Shown one piece after another: positions 27,065 to 32,000 of a DNA stretch of 32,000 nt; the stretch's first letter is position 1; each line of letters begins with the position of its first letter. The stretch is from Pseudoalteromonas tetraodonis (GTDB lineage: Bacteria; Pseudomonadota; Gammaproteobacteria; Enterobacterales; Alteromonadaceae), in NCBI RefSeq assembly GCF_002310835.1, contig NZ_CP011041.1, positions 660,001 through 692,000 of the forward strand, in the 5' to 3' direction. The notes under the pieces are model-generated. The model was not told the DNA's origin. It saw only the letters and a list, made by a program, of their open reading frames with translations, and did not search any database. The position numbers were made by a program, and so were the translations under genes.

Positions 27065-27601
27065 ATGTTTAATAAAATTATCTACTTTTGGTTTACAGAG
27101 CTTGAGCCTAAGCAGTGGTGGCAAAAAGATGAGGCGTTTGATTTGATGATTCAGGCTCGTTTTGGCCAATTACACCAGCAAGCGAGTGCGAGTGAGTTAT
27201 TTCAATGGCGTGAGAGTGCATTAGGCAGCCTAGCTGAAATTATCGTGCTTGATCAGTTCTCGCGCAATATTTATCGTGACAAGCCAGCATCATTCGCCTG
27301 TGATTCAATGGCTTTAGCGTTAGCACAATCGGCCATTACAAAAGGGTTTGATAAGAAGTTGACGGATGAGCAGCGAGTATTTTTGTATATGCCTTTTATG
27401 CACAGCGAATCGAAGTTAATTCATAAGGAAGCGGTTAAGTTATATAAGGGATTAGGTATTCAAAATAACTTAGACTTTGAGTATCAACATAAAGCGATTA
27501 TCGATAAATTTAATCGTTACCCGCATCGTAATAAAATACTGGGGCGGGAGTCTACAGAAGAAGAACGCGAGTTTTTAAAACAGCCCAATTCAGGTTTTTA
27601 G
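27065..27601 (+). CDS. DUF924-family protein
   Basis: 178 aa. FWF...WWQKD..FD, LDQFSRNIYR and YMPFMHSE match the family pattern as I recall it. Confidence 0.78.
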   Translation: MFNKIIYFWFTELEPKQWWQKDEAFDLMIQARFGQLHQQASASELFQWRESALGSLAEIIVLDQFSRNIYRDKPASFACDSMALALAQSAITKGFDKKLTDEQRVFLYMPFMHSESKLIHKEAVKLYKGLGIQNNLDFEYQHKAIIDKFNRYPHRNKILGRESTEEEREFLKQPNSGF

Positions 27602-27612
27602 ATTCATCAGAC

Positions 27613-27654
27613 AAAAAAACACCGCGCTTATTACAAGCGCGGTGTTTAGTTTTA
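27613..27654. terminator. Bidirectional terminator (DUF924 gene + / aldehyde dehydrogenase -)
   Basis: 13-nt arms AAACACCGCGCTT/AAGCGCGGTGTTT. The T7 run on the minus-strand side is stronger than the TTTAGTTTT on the plus side. Confidence 0.85.
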
Positions 27655-27672
27655 TTAACCAGATACCTGATA

Positions 27673-29049
27673 TTAGCTATTAATCATGATGCTTTTAACA
27701 TTCACAAACTCGCGAATACCAAAGCCGCCATGTTCTCTGCCATAGCCACTGTCTTTAACACCGCCAAATGGTAAGTTCGGTTGTGCCAGTCCGTAACCGT
27801 TTATGTTGATCATACCGGTATCAAAATGCTTTTTAGCCAGCTCAATGGCTTTTTTCTCATCTTTTGAAAAGATACCACCGCCTAGTCCATAACGGGAGTC
27901 GTTGGCAATACGCATAGCGTCATCATTATCTTTGGCTTTAATCAAAGATGCCACAGGGCCAAATAATTCGTCATCGTATGCAGGCATCCCTGGTGATAAA
28001 TTTTCTAGTACTGTAGGCGGGTAGTAATAGCCTGTTTGCTGCGGAATTTCGCCGCCTACAATTACTTTTGCGCCTGCATTTACCGAGTCTTGCACTTGCT
28101 GATGAATTTTGTCGCGTAAATCTTCGCGTGCCATAGGACCCAGTTCCGTATCTTTATCCATAGGGTCGCCCATTTTAATTGCTTTAAATTGCTGGCTCAG
28201 CGCTTCTTTAAAGTCATTGTATAATGAGTCAACTACCACAAAGCGCTTGGCAGCCACACAGGTTTGCCCATTGTTAATAATGCGGCCCTGCAAACAGGTT
28301 TTAACTGCTAGTGCGAGGTCGGCATCATCAAGTACAACATAAGCATCGTTACTGCCAAGCTCCAATACCGTTTTTTTAACGTGCTTACCGGCTTGCTCAG
28401 CTACTTTTTTACCTGTGCCATCACTTCCTGTGAAGGTAACGCCACTAATGTGTTCATGAGAAATAAGTGCGCTGGCTGTTTTTCCGTCAATTAGTAAGTT
28501 ACTAAAGCAATGCTCAGGGAACCCAGCTTGTTTAAATAAGGTATCTATTTTTTCAGCCATACCAAATACATTGCCCGCGTGTTTTAATACCGTGGTATTA
28601 CCCGCCATAATATTTGCGGCACTGTATCTAATAACTTGATAAAGTGGGAAGTTCCATGGCTGAATACCTAGCAACACGCCAGTAGGGCGATAACTTATAA
28701 TTGCACGACCGCCTTGCATATCGCGTTCTTCGTCGCTCAGCATATCGGCGCCATGTTCTGCGGTATAACGGCAAATGTCAGCACAAAGCTGCACTTCTTG
28801 AAAGCCTTGTTCGTACACTTTACCCATTTCTTCGGTCATCAGTTTAGCAAGCGCTTCTTTTTGCTCTTCAAATAAAGAGGCTAGCTTATTCAAGTATTTA
28901 GCGCGCTCAGTAAACGAGGTTAATCGCCATGTTAAGTATGTTTCATGAGACTTTTCGATCACTTGTTCTGCTTGAGCTTGAGAAAGCAGCGTATAGCTAT
29001 TGATGACTTGCTCGGTTGCTGGATTGATCGTATCTACTGTGTTACTCAT
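27673..29049 (-). CDS. NAD(P)-dependent succinate-semialdehyde/aldehyde dehydrogenase (Sad/YneI-like)
   Basis: Start set at MSNTVDT (AGGAGG RBS). Catalytic ELGSND and GQTCVAAKR motifs. Colinear with E. coli YneI as recalled (YRPLG..PWNFPLWQV, GPMAR.DLRD, NYYPPTVL). Confidence 0.9.
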   Translation of the reverse strand: MSNTVDTINPATEQVINSYTLLSQAQAEQVIEKSHETYLTWRLTSFTERAKYLNKLASLFEEQKEALAKLMTEEMGKVYEQGFQEVQLCADICRYTAEHGADMLSDEERDMQGGRAIISYRPTGVLLGIQPWNFPLYQVIRYSAANIMAGNTTVLKHAGNVFGMAEKIDTLFKQAGFPEHCFSNLLIDGKTASALISHEHISGVTFTGSDGTGKKVAEQAGKHVKKTVLELGSNDAYVVLDDADLALAVKTCLQGRIINNGQTCVAAKRFVVVDSLYNDFKEALSQQFKAIKMGDPMDKDTELGPMAREDLRDKIHQQVQDSVNAGAKVIVGGEIPQQTGYYYPPTVLENLSPGMPAYDDELFGPVASLIKAKDNDDAMRIANDSRYGLGGGIFSKDEKKAIELAKKHFDTGMININGYGLAQPNLPFGGVKDSGYGREHGGFGIREFVNVKSIMINS

Positions 29050-29249
29050 TTTACCTCCTAACAAATTATGTAATAGGGTAGGTGCAAAACCAAAGCCAGT
29101 TGGGCGATAGTTTATAAAAATTCATAACTTTTTGTTAATAATGGTTTTTATATTACTTTATACAAAAATCTAGATTTTGTTTGTTCGTTGTTTTTGCTAT
29201 GGTTCTGTAAATACTGCAAGTTGTTGAAAAAGTTACAGGGAGTAGTTAG

Positions 29250-30284
29250 ATGGTACAGTCATTGTTTAATATCGATTTACCTCTTATTCAAGCGCCTATG
29301 GCGGGCGTACAAAACGTTGAATTGGCTGCAAGCGTTTGTGAAGCTGGCGGGCTAGGGTCGTTGCCTTGTGCTATGTTATCGCCAGCACAGTTAGTTGAAC
29401 AGCTCGACTTACTTACTCAAAAAACAGATAAACCATTTAATCTAAACTTTTTTTGTCACTCGGTTACTGATTACACCAGCCAACAAAAGCAGCAATGGCA
29501 TAATATGCTGAGCCCTTATTTTGCAGAGTATGAAATTGACCCGCAAAGTTTAACCGCAGGGGCATCCCGTCAGCCTATAAACCAAGCCGTTGTTGATATT
29601 ATTGCACCCTATAAACCGGCAGTTGTGAGTTTTCATTTTGGTTTACCTAAGCACGCTATTGTGGCGCAAATAAAAAGCTGGGGCACTAAAGTAATTTCAA
29701 CGGCGACCACTTTAGATGAAGCTATTTGGCTCAGTGAAAATGGCGCTGATGCTGTTATTGCTCAGGGTTTAGAAGCTGGAGGGCATCGAGGGCATTTTTT
29801 ATCAATGGATTTAAGCTTGCAACAAACCACTGAGCAGTTAGTTAAGCGTTGTGTTGAGTATTTATCATTACCGATTATTGCTGCAGGAGGTATTGCAACG
29901 GCAGATGATGTAAAGCATATGAAAGCGCTGGGAGCCAGTGGAGTTCAAGTTGGTAGCGCTTATTTATTATGTAAAGAGGCAAAAACATCTGCTTTACATC
30001 AGCAAGCTATTTTAGAGCAGGCTCAAGATAGCACCGCACTAACTACTTTGTTTTCAGGTCGAGCCGCGCGGGGTATTCAAAACCGCGTCATGCTCGAGTT
30101 AGGTACTATGCCTGAGGGCGTGCCTTCGTTTCCTCACGCTAGTAGCGCAATAACTGCATTAAGAACATGCGCTGAAAAAGCAGGCCAAAGTGATTTTTCG
30201 CCTTTATGGTGTGGTCAAAAGTATGTGCCTCGGGTGGGGGTATCAGCTGCGGATATTACGCATATTTTAATGGAAAAATGGTAA
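29250..30284 (+). CDS. Nitronate monooxygenase (NMO / 2-nitropropane dioxygenase family)
   Basis: 344 aa with IQAPMAGV, GLEAGGHRG and AAGGIA motifs of FMN-dependent NMOs. Confidence 0.88.
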   Translation: MVQSLFNIDLPLIQAPMAGVQNVELAASVCEAGGLGSLPCAMLSPAQLVEQLDLLTQKTDKPFNLNFFCHSVTDYTSQQKQQWHNMLSPYFAEYEIDPQSLTAGASRQPINQAVVDIIAPYKPAVVSFHFGLPKHAIVAQIKSWGTKVISTATTLDEAIWLSENGADAVIAQGLEAGGHRGHFLSMDLSLQQTTEQLVKRCVEYLSLPIIAAGGIATADDVKHMKALGASGVQVGSAYLLCKEAKTSALHQQAILEQAQDSTALTTLFSGRAARGIQNRVMLELGTMPEGVPSFPHASSAITALRTCAEKAGQSDFSPLWCGQKYVPRVGVSAADITHILMEKW

Positions 30285-30290
30285 TGTTTA

Positions 30291-30857
30291 ATGTCTGATA
30301 ACCCACTTTTATCGCTTGGCGATAGTTATGAAGTGCTTATAAATAAGCTTAAAACACAATTGGCAGGTATTTACCCTCAACAGCTTGTCGCGCGCAATAC
30401 CGTGTTATTGCCCCAAGGCGATGTACAGCGTTATGGCTATTTAATTGTGGAGGGGGTTTTAGGTGCTATTCATGATGATATTGATGGCGGGCAAAAATGC
30501 AAAGAGTTTTATTTTAAAAATGAGTTTGCATTGCTGTTTGCCAATTGGATGACCTCAAGCCCCGCTTTTTACCAATTAAAAGTAATTAATGAGGCAAGTG
30601 TAATTAAAGTACCGCTGACACTATTTGAGCAAGCACAGTACCAACTCATTAAGCAGCAACTCATTGCGCAGCAACTAATATTTAAAGAAGCCAAAGAAGC
30701 ATTTTTATTACTCAACAGCCCCGAGCAGCGATACTGTTACTTGCTTAAACATAAACCGCATTGGTTGGCGCAGTTAAGCTTAAGCCAAGTGGCTATGTAT
30801 ATAGGTATTTCGGCCATTTCGTTATCTCGAATTCGTAAGCGACTTAACTTAAGTTAA
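30291..30857 (+). CDS. Crp/Fnr-family transcriptional regulator (divergent effector domain)
   Basis: 188 aa with an N-terminal cNMP-binding-like beta-roll region and a C-terminal HTH (LSQVAMYIGISAISLSRIRKRL). It starts 6 nt after the NMO stop. Confidence 0.72.
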   Translation: MSDNPLLSLGDSYEVLINKLKTQLAGIYPQQLVARNTVLLPQGDVQRYGYLIVEGVLGAIHDDIDGGQKCKEFYFKNEFALLFANWMTSSPAFYQLKVINEASVIKVPLTLFEQAQYQLIKQQLIAQQLIFKEAKEAFLLLNSPEQRYCYLLKHKPHWLAQLSLSQVAMYIGISAISLSRIRKRLNLS

Positions 30858-30919
30858 GTGCTGTTTATATAAAGCACTATACACTCCTCATTTTTACGCC
30901 TTTAGTGCCTTGGAGTGTT

Positions 30920-31426
30920 ATGTTTTTAATTGCCCAATCATTGGTTGCCGTCGCGACTTTACTCGACTTAGCTTCATTTCAGTTTAAGTCCCGACGCATT
31001 ATTTTATGTTGTTTATTTACCTCTGTGTTATTAACCTCAGTCCACTTTTTTATTTTGGGTTATAACAGTGCTGGCTGCTTAATGCTTATTGCCGCGTTAC
31101 GTTATTTTTACTGCATATACTTTAAGCATACTTGGGCCATGTTTGGATTTATGGCAGTGAGTTGTTTAGCCGTTTATTTAACATGGCAAGATTGGTTTAG
31201 TGGCTTTGCGCTGGTGGCGACATTAATACAAACCATTGCTTCATTTCAAAATAGAGACTTGCACTTGAGGTTATGTATGGTGGTGGGAACCTCTTTTTGG
31301 ATAACGCATAATATTTTTGCTGGCTCCCCTGTGGCAATAATTATGGAAAGCCTATTTTTAAGTAGTAACTTATTTGGTTTATATCGATTTTATATTAGTA
31401 AAAAAGTCTTGCTGAACCTCAAGTAG
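30920..31426 (+). CDS. YgjV-family inner membrane protein
   Basis: I trimmed the start to MFLIAQS. FWITHNIFAGSPVAIIMESLFLSSNLFGLYRF matches E. coli YgjV CWVIHNFWAGSIGGTMIEGSFLLMNGLNIIRF as recalled. Confidence 0.75.
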   Translation: MFLIAQSLVAVATLLDLASFQFKSRRIILCCLFTSVLLTSVHFFILGYNSAGCLMLIAALRYFYCIYFKHTWAMFGFMAVSCLAVYLTWQDWFSGFALVATLIQTIASFQNRDLHLRLCMVVGTSFWITHNIFAGSPVAIIMESLFLSSNLFGLYRFYISKKVLLNLK

Positions 31427-31454
31427 GAACGTAAAATGCAGCAATGTAAACTTA

Positions 31455-31970
31455 TTAAAAGAACTGTTTGGCAATTTCTTTTAATAAAAAGGTTTCTCGA
31501 ATAATCGACAATCCTTGTTTATCGCTATTAGCTAATGTGCGTTCGTTGTGAGCTATCGCCTCAAAAATATTTACCCATTTAGCTTGCATACCATTTTGTT
31601 GCTCATAGTGCTCAAGCTGTGCTTGGCCGAGTTGTTCGTTAATTTCGCATACATAACAGTATGACTTTATATGAATAATATCAAAGTCATCTTTGTACCA
31701 AGGACGATATTCTTCATAGAGGCCAAACTCACTGCAGATTTTTATATTTTGCGCGCCAGTTTCTTCATTAAGCTCTCTGATAAGTCCTTGTTCAATGCTT
31801 TCGTGTAAGTCTACGCCACCACCGGGTAAACTAAAATCGTCATAGCGCTGAGTGTACATTAATAAAATGTACTGCTGTTTAAATACAATTGCGCGAGCAG
31901 TAGGGCGAGTAAACTGACGACCATGAGTAATATTAATAGTGGGGTGAATAGTGGTTTTTAATAGGCGCAT
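31455..31970 (-). CDS. NUDIX hydrolase
   Basis: 171 aa with the Nudix box GGGVDLHESIEQGLIRELNEETGA. Confidence 0.85.
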   Translation of the reverse strand: MRLLKTTIHPTINITHGRQFTRPTARAIVFKQQYILLMYTQRYDDFSLPGGGVDLHESIEQGLIRELNEETGAQNIKICSEFGLYEEYRPWYKDDFDIIHIKSYCYVCEINEQLGQAQLEHYEQQNGMQAKWVNIFEAIAHNERTLANSDKQGLSIIRETFLLKEIAKQFF

Positions 31971-32000
31971 AACGACTCCAGCAATAAAGGTAAATTATAT

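Noticed and set aside
29205-29238. CTGTAA...TTACAG inverted repeat that looks like an SOS (LexA) box
   Set aside because: A LexA box needs CTGT-N8-ACAG. Here the arms are 22 nt apart, and the CTGT-N8 position reads CAAG.
1-32000. A multi-gene defence, secretion or biosynthetic system
   Set aside because: No NTPase/nuclease pairs, toxin-antitoxin-like pairs, cas genes, restriction-modification genes, phage genes or biosynthetic core enzymes were recognised. The genes of unknown function are isolated singles or pairs among housekeeping genes.

Overview
This window looks like chromosomal core DNA from an AT-rich marine gammaproteobacterium. Gene content and order suggest Alteromonadales, possibly Pseudoalteromonas, but that is inference only. 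I support 31 protein-coding genes, 2 tRNA genes (Arg-CCG, Leu-CAA), one truncated tRNA-Leu fragment, one perfect heptanucleotide microsatellite, and several intrinsic terminators and candidate operators. Housekeeping blocks are dnaB-alr, pepA-holC-valS (minus strand) and the divergent lptF-lptG. Between them sit accessory-type genes: a YkoF-like/PnuC-like/kinase cassette, an HD-GYP protein, fadL, a GGDEF cyclase with a coupled periplasmic binding protein, and a membrane desaturase-family enzyme. Further accessory genes are a Na/Pi symporter, a TonB-dependent receptor, an EEP-family protein, and an aldehyde dehydrogenase/nitronate monooxygenase/Crp-like/YgjV cluster. I see no CRISPR array, IS element, integrase, phage genes or recognisable defence genes, and I cannot honestly point to a convincing new multi-gene system. 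The observations most worth a second look are small-scale. First, a duplicated tRNA-Leu 3' end plus terminator module. Second, a (GCCTAGA)x7 array right after fadL. Third, mutually exclusive hairpins ending in a terminator-like structure inside the obligatory lptFG leader. Fourth, a putative thiamine-type salvage cassette with no visible TPP riboswitch. Fifth, a translationally coupled GGDEF/binding-protein pair. All family assignments come from motif recognition by eye and none are search results.
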